Below are positions 36,910 to 46,932 of a stretch of 64,000 nucleotides of DNA, in pieces; the first letter of the stretch is position 1, and the number at the start of each line of letters is the position of its first letter. Under the pieces are notes generated by a model, which had not been told where the DNA came from, made no database searches, and saw only the letters and a program-made list of their open reading frames with translations. The translations under genes and the position numbers were made by a program. The DNA comes from an uncultured virus (IMG/VR IMGVR_UViG_3300016457_000183) (taxonomy: Duplodnaviria; Heunggongvirae; Uroviricota; Caudoviricetes), in the IMG/VR virus record IMGVR_UViG_3300016457_000183. One strand, 5' to 3'.

Positions 36910-39007
36910 TCCAACGAATTTCCGGGATTATCTTTTCACGTATTATTCTGTGTTTGTATTTGATTAGGTTGGTTAAGATGTTTTTGATCACTACAGCGGG
37001 GTTTGCTGTAGGTTTGTAGCCAAGTCTAGGTAAGTTGTTCCTATCAGGGTTGTAGTAGTGATCTTCCGCTTCAACTCGTGGATTTTCATAGTGAGCGAGT
37101 TTGACAGTGAACCCCAGCTTTTCTGCCTCCCTCTTTACCAACCGAGCCAGCCAGATGATTTCGTATACATCCTCGAATTGGTTAAACACTCTATATTCTC
37201 CTTCCTTGGGAGGGTTCTCAATAGCAATACGGAAGCATTGCATGGAGTCTTGAATGGGAAGGAACCCTCTCTTCTGCTTCCCTTTTCCATAAACCGTTAG
37301 TGGAATTCCTACAATAGCCTGAGCGCAAGTACGATTTACGAGAGTGCCGAAGCAGTTATGCACCTGGACGTTGTTTGCGACGTACGTGTGATCTTCTTCA
37401 ACATGGAGGTTGTATACCTTCCCTTTGTACATCTTACTTGAAACTGATTTTACTCGCACCAGGTTGTCAAACCCTCCTGAATGTAAATAGATAGGACAGC
37501 TCAAATCCATTACGCTTATGATCGAAGTCCCGTTTGCGACTAACCTGTTAAACCTCTCATACTTCTCAAGGAACGGATTAGTTTGAACTTGGAGCCATTC
37601 TTTTAGTTCTCGCGCTGTCATCCACCGTGTCGTCTCTTTACCGTGCGCTGAAGAGAGCGTCGTTACTAAGATGGGATGACCTGGCGTACAAACAATTTTT
37701 CCAAAAGCGCGCTCAAGTTCTATCTCTATCACTTCCCCAACGTATTCTCGTTCAAACTTCTTAAGCACCTTTCGAAACCGACCCTTATGAGTTAAGACTT
37801 TGTCTCCTACCTGAACGTCTTTTATAGGTTTTACGCCCTCTAAGCATGTAATTCTGGTGTTAGGAGGAAAACATTCATCTACATCATAGCGAGTAATTAA
37901 TCTCTCATCTCCTTTCATTTCGGGGATCTGAATCCCATAAACCACTCCTTGCATGATATCAGTAGATCTAAGCCCCCAAACGTCGCAAGCAAATCTAATG
38001 TTGACAGAATCGTGTACCTTCGTACAATGATAAAAACTAGGAGGTTGACAAGGAAAAGGAAGAGTATCTTTACGCCCTCTATATTCAACTTCAAAGAATC
38101 CCTCAGGAATGTCGAGGTTTGTGACGCCATACTCTCCCATTGTGTTTCCTGACCAAGCCGCTTTTCCGTTCCGGCGTACATATATGATTCCTGTAGGAAC
38201 GGTGCAACAGTACACCTTTCCTGCATAAGGAACCCATTCCATATCAGAAGGAGTTACTTTAGTTTGGCTATCTATCTGTGGAATTATGAAGCTAGATTTC
38301 TTTGCCACGTGATCAGCCCTCTTTATCTGCACAACTCCCGAAGGAGATTCTCTAAAGACCACTCTATGATTGGGAGTAATCACGAAATCGACATCGTCGT
38401 TCACAATTCTCAGCATCTCTCCCGCATACGGATACTCAACTATATGGTTTGGACAGTTGAACGATACTTCTCCTGTTTCTCCGTTGAGACAGCATACTTT
38501 GTCAGAGTAATCTAGGTCCTTGAACAACTTCCATCCTTTACTTGTTAGCACCTCTGTTTTGTCGTCATAACATCCTAATTTAACTAAGTGGATATCCTTA
38601 CTCACAGCTTTGATGGCGTACAAAAGGTTTAAGGTCCCCACTAGGTTGTTGACTTGGGTGAAAGTAGTGTGATGTACATCGATCATTGAGTAAGGTGCAG
38701 AAGGCATTTCACCTAGGTGGACAATTGCATCTGGTTTGAACTCTTTAATGGAGTTCAACACAAATTTGGGGTTCCTTAAGTCCCCGAAATAGAAAATAGG
38801 TTTCCTACCAAACACTTCCTCACAAGCACGTATCCTCTCTTCCATACTCGCGATGGGTGTCACGGATTGAGATCCCATCTCCTCAACCCACTCTCTTCTC
38901 AACATCAAATCACAGCCACCTACTACGTAACCCCTAGCAAGTAAGTAAACAGTTAAAGTCCAACCCAAGTAACCATCCATTCCTGCAATATACACTCTCA
39001 TCTGCAA
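36866..39007 (-). CDS. sqdB: UDP-sulfoquinovose synthase (SqdB/Agl3 family) precursor with two inteins
   Basis: GMDGYLG, HLGEMPSAPYSM, KLG|TMGEYG, YHCTKVHDS, QGVVYG, PLTVYGKG.QKRGF, NPRVEAEDHYYN. Confidence 0.9.
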   Translation of the reverse strand: MQMRVYIAGMDGYLGWTLTVYLLARGYVVGGCDLMLRREWVEEMGSQSVTPIASMEERIRACEEVFGRKPIFYFGDLRNPKFVLNSIKEFKPDAIVHLGEMPSAPYSMIDVHHTTFTQVNNLVGTLNLLYAIKAVSKDIHLVKLGCYDDKTEVLTSKGWKLFKDLDYSDKVCCLNGETGEVSFNCPNHIVEYPYAGEMLRIVNDDVDFVITPNHRVVFRESPSGVVQIKRADHVAKKSSFIIPQIDSQTKVTPSDMEWVPYAGKVYCCTVPTGIIYVRRNGKAAWSGNTMGEYGVTNLDIPEGFFEVEYRGRKDTLPFPCQPPSFYHCTKVHDSVNIRFACDVWGLRSTDIMQGVVYGIQIPEMKGDERLITRYDVDECFPPNTRITCLEGVKPIKDVQVGDKVLTHKGRFRKVLKKFEREYVGEVIEIELERAFGKIVCTPGHPILVTTLSSAHGKETTRWMTARELKEWLQVQTNPFLEKYERFNRLVANGTSIISVMDLSCPIYLHSGGFDNLVRVKSVSSKMYKGKVYNLHVEEDHTYVANNVQVHNCFGTLVNRTCAQAIVGIPLTVYGKGKQKRGFLPIQDSMQCFRIAIENPPKEGEYRVFNQFEDVYEIIWLARLVKREAEKLGFTVKLAHYENPRVEAEDHYYNPDRNNLPRLGYKPTANPAVVIKNILTNLIKYKHRIIREKIIPEIRWSGDKNKCRIITVEE
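37355..37873 (-). mobile_element. Mini-intein 2 (173 aa)
   Basis: Begins CFPPNTRI, block B TPGHP, ends VYNLHVEEDHTYVANNVQVHN followed by Cys. Confidence 0.9.
38144..38572 (-). mobile_element. Mini-intein 1 (143 aa)
   Basis: Begins CYDDKTEVLT, block B TPNHR, ends WSGN followed by Thr; no homing endonuclease. Confidence 0.9.
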
Positions 39008-39029
39008 CCTCCCACTACAATGTAACTAA

Positions 39030-39053
39030 AAAGGGCACGTGAGGGTGCCCTTT
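39030..39053 (-). terminator. Probable intrinsic terminator
   Basis: AAAGGGCAC/GTGCCCTTT hairpin with T-run on the minus strand. Confidence 0.6.
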
Positions 39054-39078
39054 CAATTGCGAGTTTGTGCTCTCTAAG

Positions 39079-40098
39079 TTATCTTTCCTTCTTGAGAATG
39101 CGCGCTGCGGCGCGTGCATTAGCAGCCCAAAGTCTCATCCCCCATTGTATCGCTCTGGCAATTATGTGAGTTAGGAATCCTCCCACAACCCCAATAGCGC
39201 TAATGGCAGCGACCTTAAGCGTAGTCTTCTCCGCAATTTTTTTAATGGCAGATTGAATTGACTTGAGAGCTGCCTTTTTCGCAGGATCCTTAACAGCTAG
39301 GGAAGCTACTTTGGTAAGACCTGCTGTGAGTATAGGAACACTCATTATTCCCGCAGTCGTGAAAAGGCCTAGCGTTCCCATCACCGCAGCAAAAGCTCCT
39401 ACCCCCTCTACAGCCTTCCAATTATGGTATTGCTTTTGATATTTTTCGGGAATGAAGATCTTTCTACCATTTTTTAGAGTCACCCAGTATCCTCTTTCGC
39501 CTTTCCACGTAGTTAGTTTGGAAACTTTGGAAACCGGGTCTTCCTTTGCAGCTCTCTGAAGGAGAGCCGTTCCTTTCTTGAGGTTCTCTCTAGGTGTGAG
39601 TACAATCTCGAGAACGATATACCCATTCTTATCAACCACTGAAGTGAGCTCAAACTGAACTTTTCCTTTATCTCGAGTAGGACGGAACCTAGAGGATAGT
39701 GGTGTCTTAAACACTCTTATTGGTGTCTTAGGTATGTAATCGGCGGGCTTTTCCTTTTTAATTCGAGAAATAAACTCCTCAAAGAGCTTCTCTGTTTTCG
39801 GTTTACCAATATCCTTCTCCTGTGCTTTGAGAGATAGATACTCGCCGAAGTTAGACTGATGAAATGCTTTGGACCCAAGTACTCTATGTGCTTGAGATAT
39901 CGGAGTGACCGCTCCTTCCTCTTTATACACTTCCTCAAATCGGGGAAGGAATTCCTCGAAGATCTCTCTAAACAAGGGGATAGTAGAAACGCCAGCCTCC
40001 CTCCAACCCCACTTCACTGAAATCCTGGGATTGACTTTCGCTGGCGCCGCTGCAAGAGCGAGTTTCCGCGGCATTCTTAATTCCTCCTTCTTAACCAA
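39079..40098 (-). CDS. Basic protein with internal WVTxxNG motif and C-terminal hydrophobic helices
   Basis: GYWVTLKNGRKIFIP followed by Gly/Ala-rich hydrophobic segments. Confidence 0.65.
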   Translation of the reverse strand: MVKKEELRMPRKLALAAAPAKVNPRISVKWGWREAGVSTIPLFREIFEEFLPRFEEVYKEEGAVTPISQAHRVLGSKAFHQSNFGEYLSLKAQEKDIGKPKTEKLFEEFISRIKKEKPADYIPKTPIRVFKTPLSSRFRPTRDKGKVQFELTSVVDKNGYIVLEIVLTPRENLKKGTALLQRAAKEDPVSKVSKLTTWKGERGYWVTLKNGRKIFIPEKYQKQYHNWKAVEGVGAFAAVMGTLGLFTTAGIMSVPILTAGLTKVASLAVKDPAKKAALKSIQSAIKKIAEKTTLKVAAISAIGVVGGFLTHIIARAIQWGMRLWAANARAAARILKKER

Positions 40099-40151
40099 GT
40101 GCTAACCTTATTCTAGTAGGTTAAACTCTTAAGTCAAGGGGATGCCCACTT

Positions 40152-40751
40152 ATGAGAGTACCAAAGAAAACTTGGAAGAACAAATCTCAGTACAGGCTCT
40201 CCCTTGAGGAGAGAGAATACGTAGTCTCCTTACGGAGGACGGACTTCCCTCTGTACTACACTCCCTTAAACCTTTCCGAACTTGTTGTAACTAATTGGCT
40301 AGATCTTCGCAGAAGGTGCTCCCATACGTTCCAACGCGTCCTGTTCGTCTGGCCTTCGGATAACGAGAGTAAGAGCTACCGTATACCTCTCGATCTAATC
40401 TACCGACTTACCTTAAGAAAGACCTTACACATAGCCGTCTTCAAACCACTACGTTGGTACGTGAATAGATTGTTTGACGTACGTGTCCTCCCTACTGTCC
40501 TTTGGCTGGGATGGGATGCACGTTGGATCGAGCTGGGCCGCTTCGAGGGAGGTAACTTCACCGTACAGGAACTTCTAGTTATAGAAAGGAGTATTTCCTG
40601 GAATGGAGTAAAGGTATCAAACTTTGGCCTCGGAGGGTTCAAGGAAGAGGTCGAGCTCGATAGATGGGAAAAGCGAATTCAGTGGCTCTCTAAGAAACAG
40701 TTGTTGACCCGAGGCAGTTACGTTGCCTATGGAAGTAAACAGGGTCGATAG
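40152..40751 (+). CDS. Hypothetical protein, possible thioredoxin-like fold lacking CxxC
   Basis: FDVRVLPTV...ELGRFEG. Confidence 0.4.
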   Translation: MRVPKKTWKNKSQYRLSLEEREYVVSLRRTDFPLYYTPLNLSELVVTNWLDLRRRCSHTFQRVLFVWPSDNESKSYRIPLDLIYRLTLRKTLHIAVFKPLRWYVNRLFDVRVLPTVLWLGWDARWIELGRFEGGNFTVQELLVIERSISWNGVKVSNFGLGGFKEEVELDRWEKRIQWLSKKQLLTRGSYVAYGSKQGR

Positions 40752-40815
40752 TAACTCAAATAAATTTAAACACTTAGTAAAATTGAACTCAGTTCCCTTT
40801 TGTGGGATTACTATT

Positions 40816-42135
40816 TTAGAAGGGTTTGAGTATATCCCTTGAGGCGAAGTAAAAAGCGTGCGTCGTGTCTTTGGTAGTACTAAATGGAGACGTGAGCAGA
40901 CTCTTAGGAGTAGTTGGAATTGCAAAATACCACTCTAAGTCGTAGTTTTTCGTAACTCGATCAATTACTTTGGGGATGTTGGAAACAAGATCACGGCTAC
41001 GGCCGCGAGTCAGTTGATCACAGAAAGTTGAGTAGAGTTCGAGGGCGTCGTCTCGATTCTTAACGTAAAACACCCATTCCCTGTTTAAGACTTGCATGGA
41101 TTCTAAAAACGTTTTTGTTCGGTCATAGAACGCGCTGTTAAATTGAAGTGTTACGTAGTGAATGCGGTGGGAGCCCGCTACGTAATCAGTGTCACCCGCG
41201 TGTGTTACTAGGCGAATTTCGCGAAAAGCGAAGTTCCTCCGAAAAGGTACTTCAGAGAACACTTCTCTATTAAACCTGTAAACTCTAGTAGCGGTCTCCG
41301 GGAGTGGGGAATACTGTATGTCCGGCCACTTCTTCGCGCTCTTTAAACTCGAACTTGCCCGTGTTATTAACTCAGGAACTCTCCTGTACGATGTACGGAC
41401 GATAAATTCCTTCTCTCTTGTTGAACCAAAACCAATCCTATAGTGCCCAACAATACGGGAGACAGGGATTTTGGCGTGATCGACCATTCCAAACTTCTGA
41501 GCCTGACTTTGAAGGGTTGAAAAAGATGCGAACGGGAAGTCCTTGAGAATGTACTTCTGTGGGTTGAGTTGCATCTCTTTTAAGTCTGCAAAAAACTGGA
41601 TCATATGGTGCGCGTAGGTTGGCGAATAAGGGGTTGAAACCCACACACCTCTGTACAAAGTAATACGAGGTAGTTCCTTAGACTCTTTTAGCAAAAGTGC
41701 CCTGTTCAGTGCGGATACTTCATCCCAAAAAGGGTTCTTAAGTTCCCCAGAAACTAGCTTCTGTAGAGTATCCCTAGCTCTAGAACGGTTCCAATGCCAG
41801 TTCTCGATCAACTTCCTATACCACAACTTATCCTGTTTGTTTGGCCAAGTACGATATAGTTCTGAGAAGAGAGGATGTACATATTTTCCTGTGTTCCCTA
41901 AGAAGGTTTTAAAGTTACGATCCTTTACCAGCTTGTATAGTCCTACTTCGTCAATTCTATCCATCCAGTATTTAACACGTTGCTCGTTGACGCGAGCTCC
42001 CTTGGACTTTAACTTTAGGAATATCCTCCGACCTCCCTTTGTAATGAAGACACCCTCTTCTCCACTTCCATTCAAGTAGATCCTGAAAAGTTTGTTGCGA
42101 ATCTTGTGGAAAAAAGAAGTGCGAAAGTAGTTCAT
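40816..42135 (-). CDS. Putative ADP-ribosyltransferase (R-S-E clade)
   Basis: TLYRGV, ASFST, REKEFIV triad; N-terminal VFITKGGRRIFL motif. Confidence 0.7.
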   Translation of the reverse strand: MNYFRTSFFHKIRNKLFRIYLNGSGEEGVFITKGGRRIFLKLKSKGARVNEQRVKYWMDRIDEVGLYKLVKDRNFKTFLGNTGKYVHPLFSELYRTWPNKQDKLWYRKLIENWHWNRSRARDTLQKLVSGELKNPFWDEVSALNRALLLKESKELPRITLYRGVWVSTPYSPTYAHHMIQFFADLKEMQLNPQKYILKDFPFASFSTLQSQAQKFGMVDHAKIPVSRIVGHYRIGFGSTREKEFIVRTSYRRVPELITRASSSLKSAKKWPDIQYSPLPETATRVYRFNREVFSEVPFRRNFAFREIRLVTHAGDTDYVAGSHRIHYVTLQFNSAFYDRTKTFLESMQVLNREWVFYVKNRDDALELYSTFCDQLTRGRSRDLVSNIPKVIDRVTKNYDLEWYFAIPTTPKSLLTSPFSTTKDTTHAFYFASRDILKPF

Positions 42136-42317
42136 TTCCTCCTCTCCCTTCTCTTGAGTTTACGACGTAGCAGACGCGCTTCTGAGATAGGAGTCAGCGA
42201 AATAGCGTCGCCTATCAACGTAGTAAAGGGAACTCCTTCATGTGGAGCCTTGTGAATCCACTCGTCGTCGATCAACCTCGAGAGATCAAATACCTTGACT
42301 TTTCGTGTTTGTTTCAC
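42132..42317 (-). CDS. Hypothetical protein
   Basis: AGGAGG RBS; coupled to the ART gene. Confidence 0.5.
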   Translation of the reverse strand: MKQTRKVKVFDLSRLIDDEWIHKAPHEGVPFTTLIGDAISLTPISEARLLRRKLKRRERRK

Positions 42318-42582
42318 AAGCTTCCTCCTAAGTTTTTACCTAATTTCAAGTCTGCAAGGTTTCTCCCTTTCTAAGCAAAGAGGGATGTCAATAGTGATTA
42401 TTACGTTAACGTGTCGTAAAAGCAAGGGGGAGACGTGATCTTCAGTTGCTTGTAAAAATCGATTTTTAGCCCAGAAGTGCGCATACCTTTGGCACTTAAA
42501 TCGCAGGTAACGCTCAACCTATACTTAGTTATACCCGAGGGTGTGGGGTAAGTTCGTTGTAGTGGAAAAAGAAAATTTTATA

Positions 42583-42954
42583 CTAGTCGTTCATGTTCTT
42601 ACTGAAGCGAAACTCTCGGGGACTCTTGACCCTCTCCAGGACTACATTGTTATCAATACGACCTGTTCTGTACACATATAAAGGGCACAATCTCGCAGTG
42701 CAATCTTTAGGTGTTCTGCTATTTGAACACCATTGACAATATCTAACTATTGCTTTATTTCTCTCAGCGGATCTACCTCGTACACCTTTACCAGTTCGGA
42801 AAGGGTACAGAGGGCAGTCTGTAAAGGTACACTGTGAAACTGCGTAAGCATTCCACGCGGAACAGTTCAAGCACCTTTCATGTACCGCTTTGGTACGAGT
42901 GAGGTTTACCACTTTAGTACCACCATCTTTAGCAAGAACTTCAACTTTGATCAT
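42583..42954 (-). CDS. Cys-rich phage protein with duplicated C..C...C...CPLY..RTG motif
   Basis: Two copies of the motif visible. Confidence 0.65.
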   Translation of the reverse strand: MIKVEVLAKDGGTKVVNLTRTKAVHERCLNCSAWNAYAVSQCTFTDCPLYPFRTGKGVRGRSAERNKAIVRYCQWCSNSRTPKDCTARLCPLYVYRTGRIDNNVVLERVKSPREFRFSKNMND

Positions 42955-42966
42955 GTTAACCTCCTT

Positions 42967-43434
42967 TTACTTCTTCATCTTCTTTTTGATCAACTCTTTA
43001 ACACGGGGATCTGTAATCCCGGCTCTTTCAAACTGCTTGTCAATATCAGTAGTTTTCTTCAACCCTTTAACTACAACCTTTCCTGAACCCTGGATATTTA
43101 CTGGGGCGACACGAGCTTTAACTACAGGTTTAACTACAAATGTATCCTCCCAAACACACAAACAGAATTCAGGGCTTACTATCTCCAACTTAACTGGTAC
43201 CTTCAATTCCTTCTCGAAAGAGACCTTAACAAAGCTCTCAAAAGGTGGGATAGAAACGTCGATCGAGTTCTTTCGAATTGTAGCAGGAACTCCATATTCA
43301 ATGCCATTGATGGACATTCTCAGGAATCCCTTTAAGTTGGACGTATCAACTCCCGTGATTTCGGATTCGAAGGAGAGGTTGTAAGGTTTGTTAGGAGCGA
43401 GTTTCATACTGACCTCCTTTTCAAAACTATACAC
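42967..43434 (-). CDS. Hypothetical protein, paralog of 43404-43772
   Basis: Shared LR......E.G.P, I.V.IP, V.LE, WED....KP. Confidence 0.65.
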   Translation of the reverse strand: MYSFEKEVSMKLAPNKPYNLSFESEITGVDTSNLKGFLRMSINGIEYGVPATIRKNSIDVSIPPFESFVKVSFEKELKVPVKLEIVSPEFCLCVWEDTFVVKPVVKARVAPVNIQGSGKVVVKGLKKTTDIDKQFERAGITDPRVKELIKKKMKK

Positions 43435-43772
43435 GGCGTCTTCTCATTTACTACCTCAACGTTCTTGACTGCAATCGAAGGTTTAAACACAATGCTATCT
43501 TCCCAAGGAACCAAATAGAAACCGCCGCCAATCACTTCTAATCTTACTTTATAAGTCCTATCAAGCGCAAGACTCACGAACTTCTGTAATGCGGGAATGG
43601 TAACAACGATCTTGTCTCGTAGGACTTCACCAGGAAACCCCAGCTCAATTTTACCGACTTGCACTCTTAAATAAGCTGTTAGTACGGAGTAGTGGACCCC
43701 TTCAATGGTAACTCTGAATTCGAACGTTTTTGCAGATTGTAAATATGCCTCAATCATGTACCGACTCCACAA
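43404..43772 (-). CDS. Hypothetical (likely virion) protein
   Basis: Paralog of the neighbouring gene. Confidence 0.6.
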   Translation of the reverse strand: MWSRYMIEAYLQSAKTFEFRVTIEGVHYSVLTAYLRVQVGKIELGFPGEVLRDKIVVTIPALQKFVSLALDRTYKVRLEVIGGGFYLVPWEDSIVFKPSIAVKNVEVVNEKTPCIVLKRRSV

Positions 43773-43935
43773 TCACCTTCAAGAGCTGACTTGTGTCAGG
43801 AGCATCTTTGGTAACTAACCTATCAATATAAATTCGGGGTTTTTCCTGAGTAATCACTTCACCCCCACTTACTACTACAGGTTGAGCTTCACCTTTACAT
43901 TTTCCAAAACCTCTTGTGATAATCAAACTCGTCAT
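43750..43935 (-). CDS. Hypothetical protein
   Basis: IITRGFG motif. Confidence 0.5.
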   Translation of the reverse strand: MTSLIITRGFGKCKGEAQPVVVSGGEVITQEKPRIYIDRLVTKDAPDTSQLLKVIVESVHD

Positions 43936-43943
43936 AACATCAC

Positions 43944-44348
43944 CTACACTCCCATACTGTAGTTCTCGGAAACTTTAATACGTTTAGGAGGTACAGGGGC
44001 GCCGGCAGTGGCTTTAGCATGAGCCACTGCCAGTTCTATCGTCCCTAGTTGGTCAGCAGGAATTCTCAGTTTTCTCTCAATCTGCTCTTTCAGAAACTTG
44101 AGTTTACGCAGCTCCTCCTTCACAGATTGGGGCATATTTTGGGGAATTGGGTAACGATCTTGAAGCTGCCAAATTCTCTGCTGTATTTGGTAATACCTAT
44201 CAGACCATATCTTCTGGTCCAAGCGCTGCTCTATTTTCTCCACGTACACCTGTTTAGCATAACGGGAGTCCACTGCCGCTACAGCTCCTATCAGAGAGCA
44301 AAGCCCCACCAGCACCCCTAATAAGGTACTCACTCTTCCTACCGACAA
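43944..44348 (-). CDS. Membrane-anchored coiled-coil protein
   Basis: N-terminal TM helix then DSRYA and coiled coil. Confidence 0.55.
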   Translation of the reverse strand: MSVGRVSTLLGVLVGLCSLIGAVAAVDSRYAKQVYVEKIEQRLDQKIWSDRYYQIQQRIWQLQDRYPIPQNMPQSVKEELRKLKFLKEQIERKLRIPADQLGTIELAVAHAKATAGAPVPPKRIKVSENYSMGV

Positions 44349-44370
44349 GGCTCAACCTCCAAGTAGTAGA

Positions 44371-44769
44371 TCATTCTGTCGATATAGAGAAGCCCGAAGG
44401 AAGAGCGGGTAGTGTTTTTGTAAAGTCGAAAGGGACCGGATCACTCACCCCCCAAATGTTCTTCGCTCTTACTTCAACATGATGCTCCCCTTCTGTTACA
44501 CTAGCTAGATCGAAATGGAGACGTACAGTACCATTACCCAAATCTTGAGCAGGTACTTCGGTCTCAGTTCCATCTAGGGTAACTATGTAAGAGGTTACGT
44601 TAGTTTGGGGGTCGCAAACTAGATAAGGAGCGGCAAATGCACTCCCTGCCATGAAAATACAAAAAGCCAGAAGAAAAATTCCTGTCAATACTTTCGACAT
44701 CCTAATCATCCTAATCCCTCCTTCTCTTTTTTTAAACTCGACGCCTTTCATAGGCGTCATCTTCTTCAC
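44371..44769 (-). CDS. Secreted FN3/Ig-like protein
   Basis: Signal peptide ending AFA; V.V.AKNIWG.S.P. Confidence 0.6.
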   Translation of the reverse strand: MKKMTPMKGVEFKKREGGIRMIRMSKVLTGIFLLAFCIFMAGSAFAAPYLVCDPQTNVTSYIVTLDGTETEVPAQDLGNGTVRLHFDLASVTEGEHHVEVRAKNIWGVSDPVPFDFTKTLPALPSGFSISTE

Positions 44770-45478
44770 TAATCAATGCCCCGTCTTTATTGTAGAGATC
44801 AAATCGAGCAACTTCCGTAGTGTTATCTTCTTTATAAAACACCATTTGATGTCCGTCAAGCACCCAACGACCACCTTCAATGTCCTTAATAAAAGACACA
44901 TCTAACTGAATAGTGGGAATCTTATCCGTTTGCTCTTTTACTGAGTCTATCTGGTCAGAAAGGGTTTTGAGAGAGTCGCTGTCAACACCTCTTATGTTCG
45001 CTTCAGCTTGATCCAACTCAGTTTTGGTTGCGTGACTTTGAACTTCCTCACCAAATGATCCAGAAGTAGTATGATCAGAGGTTGTCTCATCCCATACAAC
45101 ATCGGCAATCTCATCTGCTGTAGGAATGGCATCAACAGACTCTTGGGAAGCCCTGGAGCTGATAGTTATATCTATCTTAGGTTCTACCATATTACGGTGG
45201 TTTTGAATCTCGTCAGCAGTATCATCCATCCACCCGCTTAACACTATCTTCCCATACTTGCTATATTCTCCATTGTTCATTACCCACAAGTATTCTTCTT
45301 TCTGCGAAATCGTCTGACTAAAAAGATACTTAAATATCCCTGTTTCTGCCACTTCAGAGCAAGAAGCACCATCCACCACCTTCGTATTGTCTGACAACCT
45401 GTACACATTAATCGTTACAGTATCTCCGCTATTAAATAACGCTAAAATGTTTGTGGACTCTGATTTGGCATACCTCAT
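44732..45478 (-). CDS. Virion-associated protein
   Basis: IADVVWDE...H...GSFG motif common in tail-region proteins. Confidence 0.6.
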   Translation of the reverse strand: MRYAKSESTNILALFNSGDTVTINVYRLSDNTKVVDGASCSEVAETGIFKYLFSQTISQKEEYLWVMNNGEYSKYGKIVLSGWMDDTADEIQNHRNMVEPKIDITISSRASQESVDAIPTADEIADVVWDETTSDHTTSGSFGEEVQSHATKTELDQAEANIRGVDSDSLKTLSDQIDSVKEQTDKIPTIQLDVSFIKDIEGGRWVLDGHQMVFYKEDNTTEVARFDLYNKDGALISEEDDAYERRRV

Positions 45479-46614
45479 ACTAAGGCCTCTTGGTCAACAT
45501 TAATATTCTCTTTCTTAAGAACTACTGGAAAGTCCGCCAGTTTTTTAGTTAGTTCGATCTTTGTTTCATACTTTTGGTACCCTTGTTTTGTAACAACAAG
45601 GGTATGAGGAGTTGATGGATACTCAATACAATTACTACTGTCGTCGAGAGCATAATATCCCCAGTCGAGGACTTGAATGGGACTCCTTCCTGACTCATCT
45701 GACGTTTCAGAATAAACAGTATTACCGTTATTATCTTTCAAAATAACCGATGCGTTTGATATGGGATTATTTCTTTCATCTTGAACTCTAACGTTAAAAG
45801 AATACTGCCGCCAAAGTTTATTAAGACCTTCATATGCGGTTCCCTCAAGAACGGCCATATTCCAATCAACATCCCAATCAATCGCAAAAGATTCACTTCT
45901 AGCAAACCTGCACAAAACAAGAGCATTCCTGATATTTCTCCCAACAAGATTTTTGATAGCAAATCCAGCGTACATAAAAATAATAGCTGTATATGAACAA
46001 TTAACAACAGTGATTTTTTCCATATTTCCAGAGCCAACACTAAAATACAAAAAAGGTGAAACAAAGCTATCTTGGGGAAAATTACCAAGTTCCACATTGT
46101 ATATATCTAAATTTGCAGCACTCCCTCTTAATACAAAAAGATGCAATTCACTATTCCAAATCTTTCCGATACAGTTATCAACTGCCAAGATACTATAGTT
46201 ATCAGCATTTCTTGAAACAACTTTTATATCAAGCAAATCAATTTCTTGAATATTACCATCAATAAAATAATTTCCATAACACTCTATATAGCATCCATTC
46301 TTTGCAGTTTTTTCTTATTCATTTTCAATTTCTCCCAAAATTAAATGCCCCGTCCGAACAGAATTTTTAAAAGCACAATCAGCAAAGAAAAATAGTTGTT
46401 TATTCTTATCAACCAGCCAAGCATCATGGTCACTATCACCAAGCTGGATAATAGCATGTATGAAATATGCAGTCTCCTTCTTTTCTACAACTCCCCATCC
46501 ATTTGACACGTCAGTTTGATAAATATCTTCAAAAGTACAAGGACTTTCCAGTGTAAAATCCGTAATGATAATTGTACTGTTTTCTGAATCATATGTTATC
46601 GACATAAGAACCAC
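45475..46614 (-). pseudogene. Beta-rich virion protein gene split by one in-frame TAA
   Basis: ORFs 46315-46614 and 45475-46236 are in frame and the 26 codons between them are open. Confidence 0.75.
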
Positions 46615-46741
46615 CTTCCTAACAGATGTAGACTACCACTGTTACGCCCTCAGCTCTTCATCAGTAGGTACACCCTCCAATTTTTCAATAGGTCAGCTAT
46701 AGTTAGCCTAGACCACTATAGAAAATTAATAAGCCATCCCG

Positions 46742-46909
46742 TCATCGTCTAAAATTAAAATCCTCTTTTCTCCGAAGACTTTTGATGAAACGTTTCCACT
46801 TAGGCTTAGAACTTGGATAACTTCCTACGTGATACTCAAACGGCGCTACCAATCTCCAACGTCTAGTACTTATAGGTTCTACTATCAAAGGTGTTGTGAA
46901 CGGACTCAT
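46742..46909 (-). pseudogene. Truncated DUF1353-like gene
   Basis: MSPFTTPLIVEP...WRLVAPFEYHVG N-terminus; the usual GF.TD/HD core is absent. Confidence 0.5.
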
Positions 46910-46932
46910 GTTAACACCTGAGGATGAATCCC

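Noticed and set aside
45475..46614. Genome-wide stop-codon reassignment
   Set aside because: A single case; all three stops end genes normally elsewhere
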